DNA of 64,000 bases from Actinomycetota bacterium (GCA_039933515.1 JBDTNY010000022.1:222-64221), one strand, 5' to 3'; shown: positions 18,303 through 26,541, counted from the stretch's first letter. Notes: generated from the sequence alone by a model not told the origin. Numbers and translations are program-made.

Positions 18303-18695
18303 TCAGGACTCCGGCAGGTTCACCATGACGCTCGTGGCCTTCACCGTGGCGACGGCTTCCATGCCGGGCTCGAGCCCCATCTGGTCGGCGGCCTCGCGCG
18401 TGATGAACGCGAGCACGCGATGGGGGCCGGCCTGGATCTCGACGGTCGCTGCGAGCCCGTCGCGCTTCACCTCGGTGATCACGCCCGGGAACCGGTTGCG
18501 GGCGCTGCCGGCCGCGATCGGCGTCTGCCCGTGGTGCTCGGCGAGGATCCGCGCCACTTCGCCGGCCGGAACGAGCCGCTGGCCTCCCTCGGTGCGCTCG
18601 ACGTGCAGCGTGCCGTCGCGCTCCCACCGCCGGAGGGTCTCGACGCGGACGCCGAGCATCTTGGCCGCTTCCCCGATACGGTACGCGTCGCTCAT
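18303..18695 (-). CDS. MerR-type HTH fused to a Mop/TOBE molybdate-binding domain (molybdate-responsive regulator)
   Basis: The N-terminus YRIGEAAKMLGVRVETLRRWERDG is a MerR/excisionase-type HTH. The C-terminus SARNRFPGVITEVKRDGLAATVEIQAGP...ATVKATSVMV is a TOBE/Mop fold signature. Confidence 0.8.
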   Translation of the reverse strand: MSDAYRIGEAAKMLGVRVETLRRWERDGTLHVERTEGGQRLVPAGEVARILAEHHGQTPIAAGSARNRFPGVITEVKRDGLAATVEIQAGPHRVLAFITREAADQMGLEPGMEAVATVKATSVMVNLPES

Positions 18696-18778
18696 CGGCG
18701 CGAGCTTAGTGAAGATCGCCCCTACGGGTCACCGCGCAGCCTCGACCCGGCCACCGGCGCATCGCCGCCTGCGCGCGG

Positions 18779-19759
18779 TTAGACCGAGAAGCGCACGTGC
18801 AGGATGTCGCCCTCGGCGACCTCGTAGTCCTTGCCCTCGACGCGGATCCTGCCGTGGTGCTTCGCGGCCTCCATCGACCCCTGGGCGACGAGCTCGTCGT
18901 AGCCGATCACCTCGGCGCGGATGAACCCGCGCTCGAAGTCCGTGTGGATCACGCCCGCCGCCTCGGGCGCCCTCGCGCCCCGCCGCACCTCCCATGCTCG
19001 GGTCTCGTCCTCGCCGGTGGTGAGGAACGTGATGAGATCGAGCGCGCGGTACGACGCGTGGATCACCGTGTCGAGGCCGGGCTCCTCGACGCCGAACTCC
19101 TCCAGCAGGGCGCGCGCCTCCTCAGGGTCCATCTCCGCGGTCTCGGCCTCGATCGACGCGTACACACCCACGGCGTCCTCGCCCACGAGCTCGCCGGGAA
19201 CCTGGGTGCCCTCCTCCAGGTTTGCGATCACGACCAGGGGCTTCATCGTGAGGGGGGCGATCCCCCGGAGGACTTCCGCCTGCTGCGGATCGAGCTGCGC
19301 CGCTCGGATCGGCGTCTCGGCCTCGAGCGCTTCCTTCGCAGCCTGGAGCACCGCGGTCTCGTCGTTCGCTTTGCCCTTCGCGCGCTTGATCGCCTTCTCG
19401 AGCGCGCTCTCGATCACGGCGAGATCCGCGAGCAGCAGTTCCGCGCGCACGTTCGCGAGCTCGGCCGCCGGGGTCGCATCGGGCCCGAAGCACCGGAGGA
19501 CCACGGCGAGCGCGTCCACCTCTCGAAGCTTCGCGATCCCCTGCGCGCTCGCGACGCCGCCGGGAACGTCGACGAACCCGACCTGCGAGGCGACGGTCTT
19601 CTTCGATGACTCCATCTCGGTCAGCACGCCGAGTCGTGGGTCGGGCACCGCCACGACCGCGACATTGGCCTGACCCCCGTGCGCGCCGGCCCGAGTCAAC
19701 GCTCTGAAGAGCGTCGACTTCCCGCTGAACGACACCCCGACGAGCCCCACGTCCTTCAT
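18779..19759 (-). CDS. ychF: Redox-regulated ATPase YchF (Obg-like), shorter than usual
   Basis: ATG 19759 gives MKDVGLVGVSFSGKSTLFRALT (P-loop). The C-terminal TGS-like end reads VIHTDFERGFIRAEVI...GKDYEVAEGDILHVRF. At 326 aa it is shorter than the roughly 360 aa I expect for YchF. I rejected the track start at 20086. Confidence 0.85.
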   Translation of the reverse strand: MKDVGLVGVSFSGKSTLFRALTRAGAHGGQANVAVVAVPDPRLGVLTEMESSKKTVASQVGFVDVPGGVASAQGIAKLREVDALAVVLRCFGPDATPAAELANVRAELLLADLAVIESALEKAIKRAKGKANDETAVLQAAKEALEAETPIRAAQLDPQQAEVLRGIAPLTMKPLVVIANLEEGTQVPGELVGEDAVGVYASIEAETAEMDPEEARALLEEFGVEEPGLDTVIHASYRALDLITFLTTGEDETRAWEVRRGARAPEAAGVIHTDFERGFIRAEVIGYDELVAQGSMEAAKHHGRIRVEGKDYEVAEGDILHVRFSV

Positions 19760-19925
19760 CGACCGCCGAGTGTACGGAACGGGCGGGGACCCTCGGTCGG
19801 CTCGCCGGAGATCTCTCAGGCGTCCAGGCCGGATCCCTTCGTGCATTTCTGGCCCGTTGCCCGATACACAGATGAGACGACAACCTCGGCGAGGCCAGGG
19901 GCCTCCGAACGAAGGAGAGAGCCAC

Positions 19926-20402
19926 ATGGACGCAAAGAAGCGGATCACGATGATCGTCGCGGTCGTGATGGCCGGGATGCTCAGCGTGGGGATGGCCAGT
20001 GCGAGCGTGCGCCACTCGGTCGGCGGGTTGCTCGCCGGGCACCGCGGCAAGGTCGCCTCCGTGGTTCGACACAGCGCTCCGGCCACTTCGACGGACGACT
20101 CCGATGAAGCGGATGTTGCCGACGACTCGAAGGACGAGGCTGTTGAGATCGGCGATCAGGGCGACGACAGCCAGGGCGACACCACCGAGTCCGACCAGGG
20201 CGACCAGGGCGACGACAGCCAGGGCGACACCACCGAGCCCGACCAGGGCGACCAGGGCGACGACAGCCAGGGCGACACCACCGAGTCCGACCAGGGCGAC
20301 CAGGGCGACCAGGGCGACACCACCGAGTCCGACCAGGGCGACCAGGGCGACCAGGGCGACCAGGGCGACCAGAGCGGCCAGGGCGACGACAGCCAGTCCT
20401 AA
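19926..20402 (+). CDS. Secreted/anchored highly acidic tandem-repeat protein (DQGDQGDDSQGDTTES repeats)
   Basis: ATG 19926 follows a GGAGAGAG Shine-Dalgarno. It has an N-terminal hydrophobic signal (ITMIVAVVMAGMLSVGMASA). The C-terminal two-thirds is an Asp/Gln/Gly/Ser/Thr repeat array. Confidence 0.65.
   Translation: MDAKKRITMIVAVVMAGMLSVGMASASVRHSVGGLLAGHRGKVASVVRHSAPATSTDDSDEADVADDSKDEAVEIGDQGDDSQGDTTESDQGDQGDDSQGDTTEPDQGDQGDDSQGDTTESDQGDQGDQGDTTESDQGDQGDQGDQGDQSGQGDDSQS
20154..20396 (+). repeat. In-frame tandem DNA repeat (9-nt GACCAGGGC sub-units nested in roughly 48-nt units)
   Basis: The unit gaccagggcgaccagggcgacgacagccagggcgacaccaccgagtcc recurs with small variations about five times, and the array ends in a run of (gaccagggc)n. 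Confidence 0.9.
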
Positions 20403-20676
20403 CGCAGCGGACACATGTTGCTCCCGCGGAGGAGGCCCAAGGGCCTCCTCCGCTCCTGTTTTCCCCCGACCGTTCGGCCCGGCCCCCGGCCCGAGGCGCT
20501 CCCCCTTTTACCCCACAATTACCGTCGTTCGGTCACTGCGCCGCCGCGGCGTCCCATGCCGATGTGGTTCAACGAGACCGGGCGGAGTGGGGCGCCGCCA
20601 GACCCGCCCCACTCCGCCGGGCTCGTTCGCCGCGGGCTGCCTGCGCGGTGGGAACGGTCGGATGAGAGGGGGCAAT

Positions 20677-21411
20677 ATGCAGCGAACGCACAGATCGCGA
20701 CTCGGGATCGTGGTCGTGTTCGCGATGGTCGCCACGATGGTCGCCGCGACCACGGGCATCGCGTTGGCATCGGCCGGCACGCACGCGCGGGCCTCGGCCC
20801 ATCGGCTGAAGGACTCCGATGGCGACGGTATGCCGAACCGGTGGGAGCGGGCGCATCACACGAACCCGCATCGCCGCGACGCCAAGGCGGATCCTGACAA
20901 GGACGCGCTGAAGAACCTCGGTGAATACCGCCAGCGCACGCTGCCGCACCAGCCGGACACGGATCGTGACGGCCTGTACGACGGCGCTGAAGTCAAGCAG
21001 TTCCACAGCGACCCGAAGGACGCCGACTCTGACGACGACGGTGTCGAGGACGGGTCGGAGGACTCTGACGGCGACGGCGTCGTCGACGAGGGCGAGGACC
21101 GCGACCACCAGGGGTTCGTCGGCACCATCATCTCGTTCGACGCCGACACCGGTCGCCTGCTGTTCGAGAGCACGCTGGGTTGGCCTGTGACGGCGAAGGT
21201 CACCGATGAGACTCGGATCCTCGTCTCCGAGGACTGTCAGGGCGACGAAGGCGGTGACGAGGGCGGCGACGCTCCGGTGGTCAGGTGTGACACCGCGCTC
21301 TTGCAGGAGGGGCAAGACATCGTCGAGATCGGGTTCGCGTCCGGCTCCGACCACGGCGTGCCCGTCGTTAGGTGGATCGTGCTCGCCTGCCCATGGCAGT
21401 CGGGCGTCTGA
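20677..21411 (+). CDS. Secreted protein with thrombospondin type-3-like Ca-binding repeats
   Basis: ATG 20677 follows a GAGAGGGGG Shine-Dalgarno. Signal peptide: RLGIVVVFAMVATMVAATTGIALASA. Repeats of the DxDxDGxxDxxE type: DSDGDGMPNRWE, DPDKDALKNLGE, DTDRDGLYDGAE, DSDGDGVVDEGE. Confidence 0.75.
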   Translation: MQRTHRSRLGIVVVFAMVATMVAATTGIALASAGTHARASAHRLKDSDGDGMPNRWERAHHTNPHRRDAKADPDKDALKNLGEYRQRTLPHQPDTDRDGLYDGAEVKQFHSDPKDADSDDDGVEDGSEDSDGDGVVDEGEDRDHQGFVGTIISFDADTGRLLFESTLGWPVTAKVTDETRILVSEDCQGDEGGDEGGDAPVVRCDTALLQEGQDIVEIGFASGSDHGVPVVRWIVLACPWQSGV

Positions 21412-21512
21412 CCCGCTGAGGTTGCGCAGAGGGGGCGCATCGTCCGGGCGGGTGGGGAATCCGACGGCCCCGCCCGCCCGGCGTCTCGTACCAATTCACG
21501 GCCGGCACGAAC

Positions 21513-21540
21513 GAAGCCCGGGCCATACGGCCCGGGCTTC
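21513..21540. terminator. Bidirectional hairpin between convergent genes
   Basis: Perfect 12-bp stem gaagcccgggcc / ggcccgggcttc with a 4-nt loop (atac). It lies between the stop at 21411 (+) and the sodN stop at 21562 (-). Confidence 0.6.
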
Positions 21541-21561
21541 GTCTTCGATCAACGTCAGTGC

Positions 21562-21954
21562 CTAGCTCTTGGTCTCCCAGAAGATCTTCGCGAGCTCGTC
21601 GATCGCATCGAGGAGCTGCTGCCCCTGGGCCGGGTCGACGGACTTCTTCGACTCGCCTGCGAGCTTCGCGGCCTTCCAGAACTTGTCGTGGAGGTCGGGG
21701 AACTTCTCCAGGTGTTCGGGCTTGAAGTAGTCGGTCCACAGCACCCAGAGGTGCTCTTTGACCATCGTCGCGCGCTCTTCCTTGATCGCGACCGCTCGCC
21801 CGCGGAACACCGGGTCCTCGTTCCCTTGGTACTTCTCCTGGCAACCCTTGACCGACTCGGCCTCGATGCGAGCCTGGGCGGGGTCGTACACCCCGCAGGG
21901 CAGGTCGCAGTGCGCGTGGACGGATCGGTGCGGCTTGAGGAATGCTTCCAGCAT
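21562..21954 (-). CDS. sodN: Nickel-containing superoxide dismutase precursor
   Basis: A 14-aa propeptide (MLEAFLKPHRSVHA) is followed by the Ni-hook HCDLPCGVYDP. Total length is 130 aa. Confidence 0.93.
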   Translation of the reverse strand: MLEAFLKPHRSVHAHCDLPCGVYDPAQARIEAESVKGCQEKYQGNEDPVFRGRAVAIKEERATMVKEHLWVLWTDYFKPEHLEKFPDLHDKFWKAAKLAGESKKSVDPAQGQQLLDAIDELAKIFWETKS

Positions 21955-22012
21955 GGAACGGCCTCCTTCTGACGACGTCTCGACCGAAACCTACCACCGA
22001 GGTCGGAAACGG

Positions 22013-22414
22013 GTGGCGGCCCTCACGGCGGGCGTGTCGGTGGCGGCATGGGTCACCTGGGCGTGTCTTCGATTCCGGCCCCAGCGCGTCGAGATCGAAG
22101 GGGGTTCGATGGCCCCGACGCTTTCCCCCGGCGACTGGGCGCTCGCCGTCGTGCCGCGTCGGTTCTCGCGCGGCGACGTCGTCGTCGTGGAACATCCAGG
22201 CCGCCCCGGCTACGAGATGGTCAAGCGACTGAAGGGGGTACCCGGCGATTCGGTGTTCGAGCGCGTCTTGGGGCCCGATGAGTTCTGGGTCGAGGGCGAC
22301 CTCGAGCCGGCCTCGACCGACAGTCGCCACTTCGGACCGGTGCGAGCGGTCGCGATCAAGGCGAAGGTGCCGCTCGTCTACGGTCCGGGCAATCGGCGTC
22401 ACCTCGTCCGGTGA
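22013..22414 (+). CDS. sodX: Ni-SOD maturation protease SodX (S26 peptidase family)
   Basis: Divergent from sodN. Motifs GGSMAPTL (catalytic Ser) and GDLEPASTDSRHFGPV. I chose GTG 22013; the start is uncertain. Confidence 0.8.
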   Translation: MAALTAGVSVAAWVTWACLRFRPQRVEIEGGSMAPTLSPGDWALAVVPRRFSRGDVVVVEHPGRPGYEMVKRLKGVPGDSVFERVLGPDEFWVEGDLEPASTDSRHFGPVRAVAIKAKVPLVYGPGNRRHLVR

Positions 22415-22425
22415 TTTCCGTCATG

Positions 22426-22459
22426 AAGAGGGCGGCCCCCTCCCGGGTGCCGCCCTCTT
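22426..22459. terminator. Hairpin between convergent sodX and the RTX-repeat gene
   Basis: Perfect 11-bp stem aagagggcggc / gccgccctctt with a 12-nt loop. A second short hairpin (tcgacc/ggtcga) follows. Confidence 0.5.
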
Positions 22460-22503
22460 GCTAGAACGGACGGGACTCGACCGTTCGGGTCGAACGCTGC
22501 GGG

Positions 22504-23856
22504 CTAAGCCTCGCAGCGTTTGACGAAGTCGCCGGGGCCCACCAGGCAGGTGTCTGTCCCGGTGCCGCCGTCCAGGCTGTCCTTGCCACCCTTGCCGTTC
22601 AGCGTGTCGTCGCCTCCCATCCCCGAGATCGCGTCGGCGCCGCTCTGACCGATGAGCGTGTTCGCGTGGCCATCGCCGGTGAGGATGTCATCGAATCGTG
22701 ACCCGAAGACGTTCTCGATCGCGATCAGCACGTCGTTGCCCTTGCCGGTCTGCTTCACGTTCAAGATCGCGATGACCTTCGTCGTCGAGTTCTTGTAGGT
22801 GATCGTGTCGTTGCCCTGGCGCCCGTTCAGTTTGTTCAGACGGTTGCCGTCGATGAATCGGTCGTCGCCGGCGCCGGTCGCGATCCGTTCCATCGACTCG
22901 AAGTGATCGGTTCCCTGTCCGGTGACCATCCGGGTCCCGAGGTTCACGACGAGGCTGCCGGCCCCCGCGAAGTCCAGGAAGTCGCGCTTGCCCGCGCCGC
23001 CCCGGACCGTGTCGTCTCCGGATCCCGGCCGAAACGTGTCCGCCCCGCCCCGGCCCTCGAGCACGTCGTTGCCGTCCCCCCCGAGCAACGTGTCGGCCAG
23101 CGAGGTCCCGATGATGTGCTCGACGCCGGTGATCTGGTCGTTCGGCCCCGGGCCCGTGTTGGCGATACCGTCCTTGTAGACGAGCCGAGTGGTGTTCCGG
23201 AAGTAGTCGACGGTGTCCTTGTCGTCGCCGCCTCTCATCGTGATGCCGCCGTTCCCGTTACCGATGAATCGGTCGTTGTCGGGTCCCGCGTCGTAGATGC
23301 CACCGATGGCGCCTGTTCCGCCGATCAGGGAGATCTGGTCGCGCCCGAACGACGTAGTGGCCCCAGCAAGCACGGCGCCGCCGCTCACGAGCAGGTCGAA
23401 GTCCTTCGGCTGCTCGCGGGCGTTCAGGTTGACCTTCTTAGCCCCGAACGTGATGCGGTCGATCCGGTTGCCGCCCTGCACGAAGACGTCGCCGCCGTTC
23501 CCGCCCGCGGCCACGGTGATCTCGATCTCGGACCTGCCCTTGGACTCGTGCGTCGCGCCCGGCGCCAACGGTCCGTTCGCGAGCGAGATCGTCACCATGT
23601 TGAACCCGTTGTTTCCGGTGATCGTGATCGCGTCCGTGTTCTTGACGGTGGCGGAGCCACAGGGCGTGCCGCCGACAGTGATGCCGTCGGCACCGGTCTC
23701 ACGCTCGACGGTCGTCGAGTCCGATCCCCCGAGGGTGATCGTGACCTCGTGCGCAGCGGCGTTGTACGAGCAGTTCACGGCCGCGGAGGCGGGGATCGGG
23801 GTGAGCAGCGCGACCAGGAGGCCGGCCACTGCGGCGGGCAGCGTTCGAAGCTTCAT
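22504..23856 (-). CDS. Secreted RTX-type (hemolysin-type GGxGxD) Ca-binding repeat protein with a Sec signal peptide
   Basis: ATG 23856 gives MKLRTLPAAVAGLLVALLTPIPASA. Several nonapeptide repeats are present: LLGGDGNDVLEGRGGADTF, GSGDDTVRGGAG, LTGDGHANTLIGQSGADAISGMGGDDTLNGKGGKDSLDGGTGTD. Confidence 0.8.
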   Translation of the reverse strand: MKLRTLPAAVAGLLVALLTPIPASAAVNCSYNAAAHEVTITLGGSDSTTVERETGADGITVGGTPCGSATVKNTDAITITGNNGFNMVTISLANGPLAPGATHESKGRSEIEITVAAGGNGGDVFVQGGNRIDRITFGAKKVNLNAREQPKDFDLLVSGGAVLAGATTSFGRDQISLIGGTGAIGGIYDAGPDNDRFIGNGNGGITMRGGDDKDTVDYFRNTTRLVYKDGIANTGPGPNDQITGVEHIIGTSLADTLLGGDGNDVLEGRGGADTFRPGSGDDTVRGGAGKRDFLDFAGAGSLVVNLGTRMVTGQGTDHFESMERIATGAGDDRFIDGNRLNKLNGRQGNDTITYKNSTTKVIAILNVKQTGKGNDVLIAIENVFGSRFDDILTGDGHANTLIGQSGADAISGMGGDDTLNGKGGKDSLDGGTGTDTCLVGPGDFVKRCEA

Positions 23857-24116
23857 GGGTGTGGGGGGTCCTTCCGATCCGGGGGTGTACCGCGCCTGCA
23901 ATCATCCACAGCGAAGGGCACAGAGTCATCGGCCGAAAGTCCGAGAACGTGGGACCGGGCGCCGAGCGTGGGCGCGCCGCTCGAAGCCGGGTACGGTGCG
24001 GTCAAGAAGCTTCGCCCCGGTCCCGACTAAACCTTGTGAGCCTTCCCCCACCGTTCGGTGTCCCGCCTCGCCCCGACCTCGGGGGCGAATGCTTCCCGCC
24101 GCCTCCCGGTCCGCCG

Positions 24117-24872
24117 ATGCTGGGTGCCGAGGCGACGCCGCCGTCCCCGCGGTCCTCCTTGCCCGTCCTCGTGGCGCTCCTGGTGGTCGGTGCGCTCGTC
24201 GGAGCCCTGGTGGCACCGCTCCTGGGCTCCACGACGCTGGAGCCGAGTGCCGTCGGCACGAAGGGGGACTACTCGTTCATCCACACCCACGGCGGTGACC
24301 CCACCCGCTGGAACCCCTGTGAGCCGATCCACTACGTCTTGGGTCGCGCCGGGCTCACGGAAGGCGGGATCCAGGATGTTCGTGGGGCGATCGAGCGCCT
24401 GCACGACGTCACGGGGATGGCGTTCACGTATGACGGCCTCACCGACGAGGTGCCGAGCCGCGGCCGGGATCCGTACCAACCCGGTCGGTACGGCGACCGG
24501 TGGGCTCCCGTGCTGATCGCGTGGGTGGATCCGGCCACGACGGATATCTCGTTCGATGAGGACGGCCAGGTGGTGGCGGCCGTGGCGACGCCGCAGGTGG
24601 CCAGCGAGGACGACGACGAAACGTTCGTGACCGGCTGGATCGCCGTGAACGCCGACGACCCCAACCCTTCTGGATTCGGTCTCCCCGGCATGCAAGGCCT
24701 CGTGGTCCTGCACGAACTTGCGCACGTGCTCGGCCTCGGCCACGCCGAGTCGAACGGCAACCTGATGGAGTCCTCGGGTGGCGGCGTCACGTCCTTTGGG
24801 CCCGGCGATCTCGCGGGGCTCGAGCAGCTTGGTCGCGATGCGGGTTGCCTCGGTACCCGGCCCGCGCCGTGA
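24117..24872 (+). CDS. Membrane-anchored metzincin zinc peptidase (matrixin-like)
   Basis: HELAHVLGLGH (HExxHxxGxxH) with a downstream Met (NLM). N-terminal TM segment LPVLVALLVVGALVGALVAPLL. ATG 24117 chosen. Confidence 0.78.
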   Translation: MLGAEATPPSPRSSLPVLVALLVVGALVGALVAPLLGSTTLEPSAVGTKGDYSFIHTHGGDPTRWNPCEPIHYVLGRAGLTEGGIQDVRGAIERLHDVTGMAFTYDGLTDEVPSRGRDPYQPGRYGDRWAPVLIAWVDPATTDISFDEDGQVVAAVATPQVASEDDDETFVTGWIAVNADDPNPSGFGLPGMQGLVVLHELAHVLGLGHAESNGNLMESSGGGVTSFGPGDLAGLEQLGRDAGCLGTRPAP

Positions 24873-24978
24873 ACCTTCGAGGGCGTTGTTCGGAATAGCC
24901 GCCGTGGGGTAGGCTGTTGCACCTGCAAATGATCTGCACACGCGAAGCCGGCATCGTGGGGGCCATGATCCCCGACCG

Positions 24979-25005
24979 CCTCTGCTGTCAGCCCTGACAC
25001 AGAGG
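24979..25005 (+). terminator. Candidate intrinsic terminator after the metzincin gene
   Basis: cctctgctgtca-gccc-tgacacagagg forms an 11-bp stem with one bulge, followed by acgTTTcg. Confidence 0.35.
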
Positions 25006-25064
25006 ACGTTTCGCGCCGCTCCGCTCCCGCCCCATCCCTCGCTTAGCTCCTGGAGGTCTTCCGC

Positions 25065-25301
25065 ATGTCTACGACCGTCACCACCACCGTCGACGCCCGC
25101 GGCCAGTCCTGCCCCGGCCCGCTCGTCTCGCTCGCCAAGGCGCTGAAGGACGCTCGATCGGGTGACCTGCTCGAGCTGCTCGCCACCGACCCCGGCTCCA
25201 GGTCCGACGTCCCAAGCTGGGCCGAGATCAGCGGCAACGAGCTGCTCGAGTCGGCCGAGACCGACGATGGCGGCTACCGCTACCTGGTCAGGAAGGTCTG
25301 A
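25065..25301 (+). CDS. TusA/SirA-family sulfurtransferase
   Basis: 78 aa. VDARGQSCPGPLV carries the CPxP active-site motif and the size is typical. Confidence 0.88.
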   Translation: MSTTVTTTVDARGQSCPGPLVSLAKALKDARSGDLLELLATDPGSRSDVPSWAEISGNELLESAETDDGGYRYLVRKV

Positions 25302-25303
25302 GC

Positions 25304-25873
25304 GTGGCCACCACCGAAGATCGGATCGAGGCACCGACGTACGCGGAGCTCCTCGCGCGGATCGAGGCGCTCGAGGCCGCCCAGAGTCCGATCAAGAAGA
25401 AGAACAAGCTCACGATCATCGCGTGGGGCGGCGACCTCGACCGGATCTGGCCGACGACGATCCTCGCCACCACCGCCGCGGCGAGCGGGATGGAGTCGAG
25501 CGTGTTCTTCACCTTCTGGGGGCTGTTCGCGATCGTGAAGCCCGGCGTGCGTATCACCGGCGACAACTGGATGCAGAAGATGATGTCGGCGATGAATCCG
25601 GGCTCGGCCCAGAAGGCGAAGCTCTCGCACTACCACTTCGCGGGTGCCGGCCCTGCGATGTTCAAGAAGCTGGCGACCGACCGGCAGGTCGCAAAGCCTG
25701 AGGAACTGATCGAGACTGCCAAGGACTTAGGAGTGCGACTGATCCCGTGCCAGATGACGATGGACCTGCTGGGTCTCAAGCGAGAGGACCTGATCGACGG
25801 GCTTGAGGAGCCGATCGGGGCCGCCACGGCGATCGCCGAGATGCGCGACGCTGCTGTTTCGTTGTTCATCTGA
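25304..25873 (+). CDS. DsrE/DsrF/DrsH-like (DrsE_2) family protein
   Basis: A GTG start lies 3 nt after the TusA-family gene's stop. KLTIIAWGGDLDRIWP...GMESSVFFTFWGL matches the FFTFWGL signature of the DsrE2-like family. Confidence 0.8.
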   Translation: MATTEDRIEAPTYAELLARIEALEAAQSPIKKKNKLTIIAWGGDLDRIWPTTILATTAAASGMESSVFFTFWGLFAIVKPGVRITGDNWMQKMMSAMNPGSAQKAKLSHYHFAGAGPAMFKKLATDRQVAKPEELIETAKDLGVRLIPCQMTMDLLGLKREDLIDGLEEPIGAATAIAEMRDAAVSLFI

Positions 25874-25875
25874 GG

Positions 25876-26541
25876 TCAGGGCACCCACTGCTGCGCGATT
25901 CTGACGATTTCGCCGTCCGTCACCCTGATCCACCAACCCCAGTGCTCCATGTTGGGATAGTCCTTCTGATCGGTGCCGTTCACGGCCGCGCTCCATGCGT
26001 CGAGATCCCCCGCCTTGAGGTGGCAGCACGTGCCTTCTGGGACGTAGCGAACGATCCCGTCGGGTGACAGCGGCATCGTGCGGAGGGTCGGATTGTCGTT
26101 CACGATGTAGTAATCGTTGGGCACGGGCACTTCGCCCCCGTGCTCGCCGGCCGCTTCGTTCGCGGCCTCCCCACGGAGGAAGTAGGCGAGGTCGAACGTC
26201 AACGCGGGTCCGGTGGAGCTCGTGGAGACCGCCGTGGCGTACACGTAATAGCGACCGTCGGGCAGTGCGTCGCTCGCGGGCACAGGCGAGACGCTCTCAC
26301 TTGCCTCTTCCGAAGGGCCCTCGCTCGGCTCGGGCGACGAGGACGAGGGCGATGACGACTCGCCCGAGGGGGCCGATGGCGTCGGGCTTGCCTGGGTGTC
26401 GTTGCCGCGGCTCGCGACCACGTACCCGATCCCGAACGTGCCCAGCGCGATCAGGACGGGCGCGATGACGGCGATCGCGCGGTTGCGTCGCGCCCGCCCG
26501 TCGGTCGCCGGCTGTCCGTGCCCGTTGTCGCGCGCCGACAT
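25876..26541 (-). CDS. Membrane-anchored hypothetical protein with a Ser/Pro-rich linker
   Basis: ATG 26541 follows a GAGGGAGGAG Shine-Dalgarno. TM segment AIAVIAPVLIALGTFGIGYVVA, then an S/P/E linker and a globular C-domain. Confidence 0.65.
   Translation of the reverse strand: MSARDNGHGQPATDGRARRNRAIAVIAPVLIALGTFGIGYVVASRGNDTQASPTPSAPSGESSSPSSSSPEPSEGPSEEASESVSPVPASDALPDGRYYVYATAVSTSSTGPALTFDLAYFLRGEAANEAAGEHGGEVPVPNDYYIVNDNPTLRTMPLSPDGIVRYVPEGTCCHLKAGDLDAWSAAVNGTDQKDYPNMEHWGWWIRVTDGEIVRIAQQWVP

Noticed and set aside
20154-20396. Tandem repeat array considered as a possible CRISPR or minisatellite.
   Set aside because: The units are contiguous with no unique spacers, the period is a multiple of 3, and the array lies in-frame inside a CDS. 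No cas genes are present in the window.
19122-20414. Minus-strand ORF encoding ALVALVALVGLGGVALV repeats, which looks like a repetitive membrane protein.
   Set aside because: It is the reverse-complement reading of the DQG tandem repeat. The plus-strand frame has a Shine-Dalgarno site, a start codon and a signal peptide. The minus-strand ORF also runs across the ychF gene region.
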